From positions 88,494,444-88,548,398 of the forward strand of contig NC_068981.1 in the NCBI RefSeq assembly GCF_001194135.2: DNA of 53,955 nucleotides, written 5' to 3'. Below are positions 27,721 through 41,334 of the stretch, piece after piece. Under the pieces are notes generated by a model. It was given only the letters and a program-made list of their open reading frames with translations. It was not told where the DNA came from and searched no databases. Source of the DNA: Octopus bimaculoides. Lineage: Eukaryota. Position numbers and translations under genes: made by a program. Each line of letters begins with the position of its first letter. Positions within the stretch are counted from its first letter, which is position 1.

Positions 27721-28020
27721 TTAAGAATGGTGGTGTTCGGTTTACTTAAGTGTGGCTAGATGAGTGCATAGGGGAGGATGAATTCACTCTTTTCTTGCCC
27801 TACTTGCGCTGCAAATCTAGTAAATCCGTTACTTTTCAGAGTTGCTGCAATCAGGTTATTAGATGGATCGTTCTCCACGCTCAGAGGAACAATTCTATTT
27901 TGGCACTCTTTCTGTTCCTCGATATCTTAGCTACTGTACTTATTCCTTTCTTCGTGGCGTGTGACTGCACGTGTGATTGGCTCGTGTGTGCAGAAAGATA
28001 GAGAGATCGACAGATAGATA

Positions 28021-28073
<53 letters not shown>

Positions 28074-28211
28074 AAGGGGAAAAATAATGGAGATATGGAA
28101 GGAGAGACAGGGAAACAAATGGAGGAGGGAGAGAGCAAGTGGAGAGGAGAGTAAAGGAAGATAAGAGGGGAGAGCGGAGAGTAAGTTGAGACACATAGAA
28201 GAAAGCAAGTG

Positions 28212-28255
<44 letters not shown>

Positions 28256-28635
28256 CGAAATACTGAGCAAACTGAAGAGAAGGGGAAGACAGAATTTTAA
28301 ACGTATATTGATTGAACTGCTCTTGTTATGGTATGCATATAAGCATAAATAAGATATTTATAACGAGTTTTTATTTAAGCATAAACCTGGGATGTAGCCA
28401 TGATAAAGCGCACTCTAGCAGCATATACAAGCTTAATTAATTTGTCAATTAAGTATTAGTATTGACAAGTTTTCTTTCATGAATATTAATCTCTTTTCAA
28501 TTTCTTCAATTAAGTGATAATTGAAAATGACAACTGTAGAAGAAAAGTTTAACTGTGTATTATGAAGTTGTCGCGGAAATATTTGTGAGATAGGAATTTA
28601 CTTTTGATTGAGAAAAGATACGCCACAAAGAAATC

Positions 28636-28849
28636 TTTTCTACTCTAGGCACAAGGCCCGAAATTCTGGGGGAGGGGACCGGTCGATTAGATCGACCCCA
28701 GTATGCAACTGGTACTTAATTTATCGACCGCGAAAGGATGAAAGTCAAAGTCGACCTCGGTGGAATTTGAACTCAGAATGTAAAGACAGACAAAATACTG
28801 CTAAGCATTTCGCCCGGCATGCTAACGTTTCTGCCAGCTCGCCGTCTTA
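28636..28849 (-). mobile_element. Complete family B SINE
   Basis: Perfect 13-bp TSD CCACAAAGAAATC at 28623-28635 and 28852-28864. Confidence 0.9.
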
Positions 28850-28924
28850 CACCACAAAGAAATCGAGACAAAACTGAAGACTGAGTTTCAAAGCATCATC
28901 TGATTAGGTCTCTTATGAATCTTT

Positions 28925-29173
28925 TTTATCTTTCACTTGTTTCATCCATTAAACTGCAGCCATGCTGGGGCAACACCTTGAAGAATTTTTAGTCGAATGA
29001 ATCGACCCCAGTACCGAGCTTCTTTTTAAGGCTGGTACTTATTCTACCAGTCTCTTTTGCCGAAACGCTAAGTTACGTGGGACGTAAACATACTAACAGC
29101 GGTTGTTAAGGAGTGGTGGGGGACAAACATAGACACACAGACACAGACATACAGACACACGCACACACACACA
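28925..29173 (-). mobile_element. Family A SINE 3' half running into a gap at its internal (CA)n
   Basis: It shares GCCATGCTGGGGCA...CTTTTGCCGAA..CGCTAAGTTACG...GGGGACAAACA with 1-150. Confidence 0.75.
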
Positions 29174-29351
29174 NNNNNNNNNNNNNNNNNNNNNNNNNNN
29201 NNNNNNNNNNNNNNNNNNNNNNNNNNNNNNNNNNNNNNNNNNNNNNNNNNNNNNNNNNNNNNNNNNNNNNNNNNNNNNNNNNNNNNNNNNNNNNNNNNNN
29301 NNNNNNNNNNNNNNNNNNNNNNNNNNNNNNNNNNNNNNNNNNNNNNNNNNN

Positions 29352-29382
<31 letters not shown>

Positions 29383-31639
29383 TTATATATATACATGGGT
29401 GTGTTGTGTGTGTAATTGTATGCATCAGTGTATGTATGTGTGCACACGGGCATGTACATACATGTGTAATATATGAATTCAAACACATCTATGCCATAAA
29501 AATATATCAAGATTTTCGCAAGTAATTATATTCATAAATAAATAAATGTTTAAAGCTTAAATGTCTATAATCAACGTAAATAGTAGTTTACATTAGAGCA
29601 ATGAAAGAAATTTGATTTAATGAATCTATGTAAACATTGCTGTAAATCTGCAAATTATAGTTCCCTTGAGTGTGATGAGGTAATTTTAATAACAGCAAAG
29701 TGATGACGAGAATACGGAGACATAATATAAAGTGCAGCAGAGCAAGAAATATAATTGTATACCAATGAAGAAAGGTCATATTCTAAGTTTAGATGACGAA
29801 ATAACGGGAGTTGTTCGTCAGATCATGGAATGAAATGCGTTGCGGTTATTTATTTGGATTCTTGTATTTTGTATTCGAATCCCGCCGAGGTCAACTTTAT
29901 CATTTATTTTTCTGGGTCGATAAAATAAAGTACCAGAAAAAACAGTGGAATTGGTAGATTCACTAACGTTGGACAGATGTCTTGTGGTATTTGTTTCGGC
30001 TGTTTGTGTTGTGAGTTCAAATCTCGCCTTGGCTACTTGTGTCGCAGATTTAATCCGTCACTCGGTTTGGCAGCACCACCTGGTCCTTGGGTGCATTTCG
30101 TGGGGGTTCATTCCAGTTTGGTTAGGTCTCCAGTTTGAGGACGCTTTTCTCTTTTCATACAAGCAGTTGGCACTGCTTTTCTCCCTGACTCAAAACATAA
30201 TAAAATACTTAATTCCAATTAATTCTGAATTATTCTGAAAATCCAAGTTTACAAAAAGTTTTAAGCATACGTGTTGTACATCGCAAGCATTACTTCAAGT
30301 ACACAATTGTCAAAATAGTAGGTGCCACTGTTTTTAACGTTTGTTTGCTTGATTGAATGTTTGATATTTCTGAAATTATAGAAACCAGGGAATCTAAGCC
30401 TTTTCTATTTCTGATTTGCATAAAATAAAAGTAATTTTGTTTTGTATTTCGAAATTTTGTTTTGTGGGAAAGTTATTTTAATTTAAGCATATAGTCCAGC
30501 TCTATCTCTGTTCAATATATCACATGATGAGGAAACTACGGTTTGTATGATAAATCAGATTCACTTTACGAAATACAAAACATAACAGAAAGACCACTAC
30601 ACTTGCTCCCTGTCCAGAAAGTTCAGCAGGTGACATAATCTCTACCTATTACTGCGCATCATTAACCACGAGGGGTTGTCACAGTGAACGTTAATAGTGG
30701 ATGGATCTTCTGACGAAAGAAACATATATGCAAAGACAACAGTTCTAATCTATTCAGTATTGCCCCGGAAAAGAACCCCTATCACAAAAGTGGGTTACTT
30801 AGGGCACTAACAAAATTTTCTTTTCGTTCGCCATCGATATCCGATTTTCAAGGAATCACTTCTGAGCGTCTTATTTCTGAGTATCACCTTGTCACCGATT
30901 CACATGGAGGCCTGGACCAAAACAAACCCAAAACATTTTACTGGTCGATTCCACAGTTCAGTTGATTGTCAATTGCAAATATATGGAGCGCTGATCACTC
31001 CTTGGAAAACTTTCAGAAAAATAGTATTGCAAACTATATTTCTATTTATCACACATCAACCAACTACATAACACACATAGAGCATTCATTTAAAAGGCAC
31101 ACACACCAGCACCAAGGCTCATTCAATAACCGATTCCTGAAGACTACTGTATCAATTTCAAATTCTATTTTGAGGAGAAGAGATTAAGCAGAGCCCACCA
31201 AAATCACTAGAATTAATTGGAATACTTTGAGGACTGAAATACTGAGATGTTGGACATACTGAGAAATTTTAACATTGTTTATTTGCATCCATTAAAATCC
31301 TAAACAAAAGAGAACAGCTTATTTCCACCGGGTGACACATATTCTAATTCTCCTTCGTGAACATAAAAAAAAAACAGACCCTTCTCACGTATGGTGAATA
31401 GCAATTCACGTCTGATAGTGTGCCGAGCGCAATTTCACTAATTCAGTTGTTATCAGCCATTTCATCACATCTACTAATGTGTACAGTCGACCAAAAAGGG
31501 GAAGTGAACAAAACCTTGGTTAAGATTCATAATCATATGTTCTAGAGGCGAGCCAGATTGGAAATAATTTTGTGTCTTGAGGTTGTGTGGGTGGGATCAA
31601 TGCGAATAAAAATGAAGCCACCACAATACAAGAATATGG

Positions 31640-32260
31640 AAATAGCATGCGTTGTCAATGACTGAGAACTCTATTATTCATATTTTAGGACAAAGTATTG
31701 TAAATTGTGATTCCCGTAATCAAAATCGACTGCAAATTGGCAATCAGTTAACTGGTTTGAAAGCGTACTTAATATATTTTATATTTGAAAGAAAATGTTT
31801 TCTTGTTCACATAAATAGGTTAGAATCCATCCTCGAGCAAAGACTTTTGAACGCAGTGTGTCCTTCGTCTGAAGGCATTTATAAAAGTCAATCAATTTTC
31901 CCCTCTTTTGTGCTTTCCTTTTAACAAGTTGTTTGACTGCAGATCAATAACCTGTATTTGAAGATCTGAAGATCGGAATTTCCTTGACAATACAGCCAAA
32001 TGGATTTTGAAAGAGTTTTAATGCTTTCGCCTTTTCATAGAGATTTGAAAAAGCTGTCGAAATTTTAGCTTTAGACTGGTGAGAATGTCTTGTGAATATT
32101 CGAAAGGAAATAGAATATTTTTCTTTTTCGTTGCATTTTTCCCAGCCGAGAAAGTGATTGAAGTTACTTATTGTGAGCTGGAGGTGAAAATGATTAATTC
32201 ATATCGAAAAGCTTTACTGCAGTGAATACGTCACATAAATGCAGTGTTGCCTTGTCATCT
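31640..32260 (-). mobile_element. hAT (SPIN/Charlie, GTF2IRD2-like) transposase C-terminal remnant
   Basis: Frameshifted translation KLFQNPF...DLQIQVIDLQSNNLL...GKLIDFYKCL...TYLCEQ matches the hAT C-terminal dimerisation region. Confidence 0.7.
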
Positions 32261-32539
32261 ATAATTGAACTCAGTAAGATACATCATTAAATCAACAGTT
32301 TGTTGTAACGGCTGAACACTGTTTTTCTCATTAAAATTTGTCAATCTTTATCTAAAAATAAAAATCGTGAGATTTGAAAGTGATGCTAATAGAATGCATG
32401 CCACTGAATAAACACTGCTGATAGACGTGTTAAAATATCCTTTTAGATAAAATCAATGGGTTGATTGTAGTTTTAGGAACCAACCAGTGTGCTTGTTTTC
32501 CTGAAATGACAAGTTAACACACTTTGTTCCACTTACCCT

Positions 32540-32880
32540 TCTTAGAATAAAGGGTGAGGGTAAAGACTCCTTCGGTCATGAATGACTAAGGGATTGCACC
32601 TAGAAAGTTCCATTCCTAGGCACAAATCCAGGCAAAGTTGTTTACGGAAAACCAGCAGTAGCCCATGCATACCATCCTCCCCTCTCCACGTCACTGATGT
32701 TATCCAATGAAAAGGCAAAGACTGATACAGCTTGACACCAGTGACGTCGCAACTCATTTCTATAGCTGAGCGAACTGGAGCAAGGTGAAACAAAGTGACA
32801 TGCTCAAGAACACAAAACACGGCCCGGTCTCTGAATCGAGCTCACTAACGCTCCAACGCTCTCGCCACTGAGCCATAACC
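32540..32880 (-). mobile_element. tRNA-derived CORE-like SINE with a different, (TTACCC)-ending tail
   Basis: Minus strand: TGGCTCAGTGG A-box, GTGTTCTTGAGCA...TTGCTCCAGTTCGCTCAGCT core as in family C, and tail GGTGCAATCCC...CATTCATGACCGAAGGAGTCTTTACCCTCACCC. The same tail lies at 23190-23295. Confidence 0.7.
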
Positions 32881-34254
32881 TTAGCTATATTATGACAGAA
32901 TCCGAGACTCTGTCAATCTATGCAGCTCTAATAATTTAGGAATGTACAAATGTATCTCTCTACATCGTACACTTCTTTTATTAAGTGCACAACATCTTAC
33001 GTTTTCTTTTGTATAAATACGAAACTGAATTTTTTTTAAAGGATTCTGCAAAAATAAACATTTTGCTCTATTTTTCGATACTGAATCTTATTGTTTACTA
33101 ACTAAAGATAGAAAAGGAGAATAAAGAATTTTCGTTTGTAACGTCACATATGCAACAAAATTGGTGGCCAAATTGAAATTAAGCTCGTTAACTTCATTGA
33201 AATGAGGCTGCGGGTCGTAGTTTGTCGAACCCTGTCATATATGATTAAAATATATCCAGCCATGTACGTTTTTAGCAGAAGTGTGTACCACAAAATAAAA
33301 AGAAAATTTATATATATATATATATATNNNNNNNNNNNNNNNNNNNNNNNNNNNNNNNNNNNNNNNNNNNNNNNNNNNNNNNNNNNNNNNNNNNNNNNNN
33401 NNNNNNNNNNNNNNNNNNNNNNNNNNNNNNNNNNNNNNNNNNNNNNNNNNNNNNNNNNNNNNNNNNNNNNNNNNNNNNNNNNNNNNNNNNNNNNNNNNNN
33501 NNNNNNNNNNNNNNNNNNNNNNNNNNNNNNNNNNNNNNNNNNNNNNNNNNNNNNNNNNNNNNNNNNNNNNNNNNNNNNNNNNNNNNNNNNNNNNNNNNNN
33601 NNNNNNNNNNNNNNNNNNNNNNNNNNNNNNNNNNNNNNNNNNNNNNNNNNNNNNNNNNNNNNNNNNNNNNNNNNNNNNNNNNNNNNNNNNNNNNNNNNNN
33701 NNNNNNNNNNNNNNNNNNNNNNNNNNNNNNNNNNNNNNNNNNNNNNNNNNNNNNNNNNNNNNNNNNNNNNNNNNNNNNNNNNNNNNNNNNNNNNNNNNNN
33801 NNNNNNNNNNNNNNNNNNNNNNNNNNNNNNNNNNNNNNNNNNNNNNNNNNNNNNNNNNNNNNNNNNNNNNNNNNNNNNNNNNNNNNATATATATATTTAT
33901 ATGTATGTATATATATGTATGTATGTATGTATGTATCTCTGTGTGTGTGTATGTGTGCGCTTATGCATACCAATAATTGCAAACGTATATACATGCGTTT
34001 ATACACAATGCAAATTCAAGCACTTGAATGAAAATACAAGCACTAATAAAAATACGCACACCGTTATATGTATACAAACATACTCATACGCAAACATATA
34101 TGCATGTATATATATATGCATATGCATATACATACACAAACTCACACATATATACCTCTACATGTATGCATACATACATACATATATATATATATTTACA
34201 TATATGCATACATGCATATATATATGTGTATATATGTATATATGTATATATATA

Positions 34255-34294
<40 letters not shown>

Positions 34295-35288
34295 TACCTA
34301 CGTGTATATATATGTAAATACAAAATATGTGCATGTGTATGTGTGTGTGTGTGCACTGGAAACGTAATTATACTATAATATTGTTGACGGTGGTGTAGAC
34401 AGGAAAGCTATTTTAATCTAGAAGTTGAGGATTGTATTTTCTATAAATTCGGTCAGTATAATAGCTGCATCACTGCAAACAACACTTGTGCAAGTTCCAT
34501 TGTGTGTCGTAGATATTAGATTAGTTCGCTTCAGTTGGGAATATAGTAAGTTCAAAAGAAGCGTCCTAATTATAAATCTTGTTATATTCATATGATTAAT
34601 GTTTAGAACGATCCTCTCCCTTCTATTATCTTTCAAAGACAAAATGCAAGAGGAAAAGAAAGGGAGGCGACTTCTTTATTAAACGTTCTATTGAGAAGCT
34701 ACAATAGCTAGGAAGATGTCAATATTTTTAGTGAACCTCCTTTCATCTTACCGGAGTCGGTAAAGTAAAGAAGAAGATAAAAAGTATCTACACACGCACA
34801 CACACACGAACTTCAATCAATCTAATACACCCTTCACCTATATTTGTTGTTTTGTTCCGATGTTAGAAATCAAATAGACTTCACTTTAGTTTATCTAAAA
34901 TTTTAATTTCTTTAAAATTTGCGCTCCACCCCACGTCAGTTAAGTGACTGTAAATTGTGTCTCTGAAAATCATTCTTTCAGTTCAAGTCATGGGTAAATC
35001 CTATTAATGGATTCTAACCTTTTCAAGGTTTTGGGTAATCTACAAAGTGTCTACGAACACTTCGAACTACAATCTATATATTCTTTTGATTAATTTTTTT
35101 GTAACTGCTTCGAGCAGAAAATATCTGGGTGTATCAATGCTTACTTTTCAAGGTGTAAAAAAAAAGAAAGAAATAATCAAAATTTCTCATTTGAATAAGA
35201 CTTCTCTATCACGTGTTTACTTGTGAAGAAGGATTCGAAACTAAGCCGCAAGCTCAGAATAAATTATAGAAATGATTTTCACCATAAT

Positions 35289-35495
35289 CCTTTCTACTAA
35301 AGGTACAAGGCCCGAAATTTTTGGGGAGGGGACTAGTCGTTTACATCAACCCCACTGTTGCGCTGGTACTTAATTTATCGACCCCGAAAGGATAAGTCGA
35401 CCTCTGCGGAATTTGAACTCAAAATGTCGCAAAGGGCGAAATACTGTTAAGCATTTAGTCCAGCGTGCTAACGATACTGCTAGCACATCGCCTTA
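35289..35495 (-). mobile_element. Complete family B SINE
   Basis: TSD ATTTTCACCATAAT (35275-35288) / ATTTTCATCATAAT (35499-35512). Confidence 0.85.
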
Positions 35496-37386
35496 ATAAT
35501 TTTCATCATAATAAGAATACTTTTTCTAACTTTAAAACAAAAGCTTATGCTTTAAAGTGTGTGTTTGGGGTGGACGGATGAATATTAAATAACCAGGCAG
35601 CCTCAAGGTGGTTGCTCGAACCACTAGAAATGAGATTCATATCTTCCTCATATCATACCCAAATATCTTTAAAAATAAGGGATACATTACATGATGCAAC
35701 CCTATATACATTAGGCTGGAAGAAAAATCGTACCTAAATATCTTAAAAGAAAGAGGGTCGTATTAGACGATGTGATTCTATATACCTTATGTAAAAAAAA
35801 TCATACCCAAATATCTTTATAGAAGAAGGAACCTATTAGACAATGTTACCCTATATACATTATATCAGAGGAAACGGCAGAATGATTGGTAATAACTTTG
35901 TTTGATCAGGGCTGACTTTGGGCGAAAGAAAATCAACTACAGTTAATCGTTATAAAACTACGTCATTTCTGTTATCTTTTGCTAGAAAATTATTTCTAGA
36001 CTCTGCATTTGATGGAAGTTTTAACGATAAAATTCTTCAAAATTCTTTGATATTACAACTGTTGATGTATTTCGGTTTGATAATATCCTGTATATTTTAA
36101 TGAGGATAATACTTTATACAAGTACAGTGTAAATAGTTTTTTGCAAAAATATACTTCCTAATAATGTTATGTGGCAATTATCGAATGGCGTCTACATTAA
36201 ACCGTTAAATTGTCGCAGCACCACTGAAGACTCCAGCTTCATATAGCGTATTTTGAGAAAATATATCTGACGAATCTACAAGTATGGCTGAAGATGGCAC
36301 TTCAAGCTAGTAAATTGTACAATGCTATCACTGCTTAGAATGGCGAGTTGCATCTATTTATTGCGAGTTAGACCGGTGTATTTAAGAGTTAAAGATCTTG
36401 GAAATAAGAACAATGCAATACTCGCCGACCTCTCAGTTGGCTGTTGTGTTTTTATTTGATGGGTCTGGAGGAAGGGAGAATGCTCATGGACTTTGCAGCC
36501 CCCTTCAAGACTGGTGAGTTTGATGTCATTAACGTTCCTGTTGAACCTTTGTGAGTCAATACATGAAGGAAAAAAAAGAGCTGGGAAAAACCCCCCAGAG
36601 AGTGGCCATTTTAGGAAAGAAAGACTGGGCGTGGGAAGTTGGGCACAACAAGAGTGATGAAAAGAGATACGGATGGATCAGGGATGCCTGAATAGAAGTG
36701 ACATGAGCACAGCCACCCCCGAAGAATTGTGGCCATTATAATAGCATGAGAAAATATAGAGAGGAGATAGTGCGTCTGTGGACCATAAGCTGAAGCTGGA
36801 GGTGTGTGACTTAAAGACGATAAGTCTGTTGGTGCTTTTCTAGATGTAGATTAGAACCTCTAATGTCGTATCCCGTGTTCTGCTAATGTTGATTAATTCT
36901 CGATCTCTTTATTTTTCCTCGAAACATTTCGACACTACACCTAACGCTTTAGGAAAACTTATCCTTAAAATTATGCTGTGTTATAGTAATTATTCATCCC
37001 TGAAATAATATTGTTAGTACCATTATACAACTTATAAACTTAATCACTTGATAATATACAGAATGTTTTGCCTGCGTAAGTCATCTGAAATAGGCCTGCC
37101 AACACTTTCTAGAGTTGCTTAAATAATCATTGTGTTCTTACAGACATTTCTAAATCTCATTACATTCTTTCTGTCATGAAGGTAGAGATGTAAGAATAGA
37201 TAATTTAAAGTATTAATATTATCAGATTATGAGCCAAGAATTCAAATCAACCGCAAGCGTTCTGTTTTTGCGCAGAAAAACTATATTCTTCATTGTTTCT
37301 GATTAATCGGAGTGTTTTACGGTCTTTACTATTTAGAGCTTTTTTTAAATATAATGTTACCGTTAATGGAGAAAATTCCAGTCGTT

Positions 37387-37485
37387 ACTAATGTTCTCTT
37401 GGTTAAAAGCCTATTAGGTTAACCAAAGCCAGCACACACACACACACACACACGCTCACAGACAGACAGACAGACAGACAGACAG

Positions 37486-37578
<93 letters not shown>

Positions 37579-37643
37579 ACATGTTTGTGTGCGTATGCTG
37601 ACTTTGGTTAACCTAATAGGCTTTTAAGCAAGAAAATATTAGT
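37387..37643. repeat. 48-bp inverted repeat flanking a (CA)n/(CAGA)n tract
   Basis: 37387-37434 matches the reverse complement of 37596-37643 at 44/48 positions. Confidence 0.9.
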
Positions 37644-38181
37644 TCTGTTATCATTTTTAATAGTTACACTAGATAATAATAGAGTCAATAATATCTTCAC
37701 AAATATTTTCTCCTGAATTATTTGCTCCTTATTGAAATTTTCACACTGGTAGCTGCCAAGTTTCGGCGCAAAACAAATCAGTTGCAGCGCATACTTCAAC
37801 GTGACGGGTCGCAGCTTTCTATCAAAGCGTGCTGAGGAAGATGAAACTATAATGCCAGTCCAGAAACCGGTCCACGTGAGTCCAAATACTTAAATGCATG
37901 TTGAGAGATTGTCCTAGCCCGTTTGCCCGCATACGGTTGATTTCTGTAGTTATCACCAGTTTTTTTCGGCGATTATATAAGAATTTTGACTGTTATTTTC
38001 AGCAGGTAGACTTACTTAGTATGTCCTTTGATTAATTTTAATCCTTCAGCTATTTAATGCTTTTTTTGGGCCTGCAATCGCCTATATTATTAATTCTGTT
38101 ATTATCATTTTAATTGTTACACTAGATAATAATAGAGCCAATAATATCTTCGCAAATATTTTCTCCTGAATTATTTGCTCC
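37637..38181. repeat. ~92-bp direct repeat pair (37637-37728 and 38088-38181)
   Basis: The 66-bp cores 37663-37728 and 38116-38181 differ at 2 positions. Confidence 0.9.
37827..37877 (+). ncRNA. Type I hammerhead-like motif with degenerate stem II
   Basis: GCGTG-CTGAGGA-(24 nt)-GAAA-CCGG-TC-CACGT. Stem I CGTG/CACG pairs exactly around the core, stem III is palindromic (ACCGGT) and the triplet is GUC. Stem II lacks the G10.1-C11.1 pair. Confidence 0.55.
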
Positions 38182-38187
38182 CCCCCA

Positions 38188-38224
<37 letters not shown>

Positions 38225-38854
38225 AATACACATACGCACACAAATGCTCAAAAGTGATGAGAACAACATAACTCAGGCATCCCTGACCTATCCATCATTC
38301 CTCTTCGCATCACAATTGTGTCTAGCCTTCTAGGTCCCGCAATATTATGGATGAGGAGTGGGCTCGAAAAGCATTCCGATAGCATTCTATGCGACACTAG
38401 AATTGCTGAATTAGCGAACACCAATAAAAATCTAGAGAAGAAACACAGCATATCAACAAGTGGTTATACAAGAATGTTCTATATGTAAACTTGAGGTTCA
38501 TGCTATTATAGTTGGAAGTGCAACCTCTCATGTCTTATACTCGTGATTGTTACATCACATCATATTCCGAAGATTGCTTTGCAACTCAAGTGCAAGGATA
38601 GCTACAAATCCAAAGCAAAAGAGGTAGTCAGTCCTTTAAACTTATAACAAGCATCACCAATTCAGTTTGCATAAGCTTAAATAGTCAGAATTTTTATCTA
38701 GATCAACCTATCTTTATGATGGAGCATGTTATGGAAACATTTAAATTAAATACATCGTACATGTCCTGCTGTAAAAACAGCAAAGATTTTCTTAGGTTAA
38801 ACTTGATTGGTTCATTACAGATATCAAGATACTTTTGCACACACACACACACAC

Positions 38855-38897
<43 letters not shown>

Positions 38898-39299
38898 CAC
38901 GCACACACACGCACACACACGCACACACATGCACACACACACATGCACACACACACATGCACGCACACGCGCTCACACACACGTAACACGCATACATAGA
39001 CACACATATACACACACGCGCCTGCACATGCAGACACAAAGGAAGAACCACTGAAAAGGCTATAGTTCTTTGGCAAGAGATTTTGACAAACTCAATTAAT
39101 TAATTAATTATACGATCAATTAATAATAAAAAGCGAACTAGAGCAAGTGTGTCTGCTTTTCACATCAGAATAATTCTCTCATTGTTGGACATATATTCTT
39201 CATTGCAAAAAACATTATAGGACACTTTTGTAACTTTTATTGTTTAAAACAGAGCTAATGAAAAAATAACAATAAAAAGCTATGTGGTTTGTAGTTTAG

Positions 39300-39311
39300 T
39301 ATGTATATATA

Positions 39312-39347
<36 letters not shown>

Positions 39348-39626
39348 TGTATGTATGTATGTATGTTTGTATGTATGTATGTATGCATGCATGCATGCAT
39401 ATATGTATGTATGTATGTATGTATGCATGCATGCATTCATGTATGTATGTATGTATGTATGTATGTATGTATGTTTGTATGCATGCATGCATTCATGTAT
39501 GTATGTATGTATGTATGTATGTATGTATGCATGCATTCATGTATGTATGTATGCATGTATGTATGCATGAATGCAAGTATGTATATATGTTTGTATATAT
39601 GTATGTATGCTTGTATATATGTGTGT
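39300..39626. repeat. (TATG)n/(CATG) compound microsatellite before a gap
   Basis: Direct reading. Confidence 0.95.
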
Positions 39627-40547
39627 NNNNNNNNNNNNNNNNNNNNNNNNNNNNNNNNNNNNNNNNNNNNNNNNNNNNNNNNNNNNNNNNNNNNNNNNNN
39701 NNNNNNNNNNNNNNNNNNNNNNNNNNNNNNNNNNNNNNNNNNNNNNNNNNNNNNNNNNNNNNNNNNNNNNNNNNNNNNNNNNNNNNNNNNNNNNNNNNNN
39801 NNNNNNNNNNNNNNNNNNNNNNNNNNNNNNNNNNNNNNNNNNNNNNNNNNNNNNNNNNNNNNNNNNNNNNNNNNNNNNNNNNNNNNNNNNNNNNNNNNNN
39901 NNNNNNNNNNNNNNNNNNNNNNNNNNNNNNNNNNNNNNNNNNNNNNNNNNNNNNNNNNNNNNNNNNNNNNNNNNNNNNNNNNNNNNNNNNNNNNNNNNNN
40001 NNNNNNNNNNNNNNNNNNNNNNNNNNNNNNNNNNNNNNNNNNNNNNNNNNNNNNNNNNNNNNNNNNNNNNNNNNNNNNNNNNNNNNNNNNNNNNNNNNNN
40101 NNNNNNNNNNNNNNNNNNNNNNNNNNNNNNNNNNNNNNNNNNNNNNNNNNNNNNNNNNNNNNNNNNNNNNNNNNNNNNNNNNNNNNNNNNNNNNNNNNNN
40201 NNNNNNNNNNNNNNNNNNNNNNNNNNNNNNNNNNNNNNNNNNNNNNNNNNNNNNNNNNNNNNNNNNNNNNNNNNNNNNNNNNNNNNNNNNNNNNNNNNNN
40301 NNNNNNNNNNNNNNNNNNNNNNNNNNNNNNNNNNNNNNNNNNNNNNNNNNNNNNNNNNNNNNNNNNNNNNNNNNNNNNNNNNNNNNNNNNNNNNNNNNNN
40401 NNNNNNNNNNNNNNNNNNNNNNNNNNNNNNNNNNNNNNNNNNNNNNNNNNNNNNNNNNNNNNNNNNNNNNNNNNNNNNNNNNNNNNNNNNNNNNNNNNNN
40501 NNNNNNNNNNNNNNNNNNNNNNNNNNNNNNNNNNNNNNNNNNNNNNN

Positions 40548-40603
<56 letters not shown>

Positions 40604-41334
40604 GGAGCGAGAGAGATAGGGGAAGAAGGATCTGTGTTCAGAAGGTCTGAAAAGAGTGTTGAAGCGAGTAGGAAGTGGATGATTATAAAGTGAGCTCTAA
40701 CGAAAGAGAATGAAACAGAGATGCAGTCACCTAGCTGACTAGTTAATTGGACTGGCTGAGTAAAATATAATTCACAGAGTCGATGCATAATGATAGATTA
40801 ATGAAATGATGGATAGAAAAGAGACAAGTTGATAAATGGTCGGACAGTAGGTAAATAACTGGAAGATATACAAATGGACAGGGATAAAAAAATGATACCT
40901 GTATATGAATGGTTAGATATATTGAAAGAGTAATGGGCAGTTAGATAATGGGATATATAGCTGGATAGACAGAAGCATAGATAGACAATAAAAATAATAG
41001 TAATAATAGTGAAGAAGTAATTAATAGGGAGAAAGAGAGAAAGAGAGAGTTTAAATATAAAACGAGAGAGAATTATCTAGACACATTGGTAAAGTTGGGT
41101 AAGAAATAGATAGAAGAGATTCGTAGATAGGCATATATATATATATATATATATANNNNNNNNNNNNNNNNNNNNNNNNNNNNNNNNNNNNNNNNNNNNN
41201 NNNNNNNNNNNNNNNNNNNNNNNNNNNATTACGCAAAAATGTAAATAACTCTAACATCTCTATTCTAACAGATATATTTACCAAAATTACATAAAAATAT
41301 CTTGAAATACTAAAGAGTAATTTTATTCAATAAA

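Noticed and set aside
38270-38540. LEVHAIIVGS motif and similarity to 36670-36690 (inverted) as a restriction-like endonuclease LINE remnant
   Set aside because: It is suggestive but too degenerate to assign without a search.
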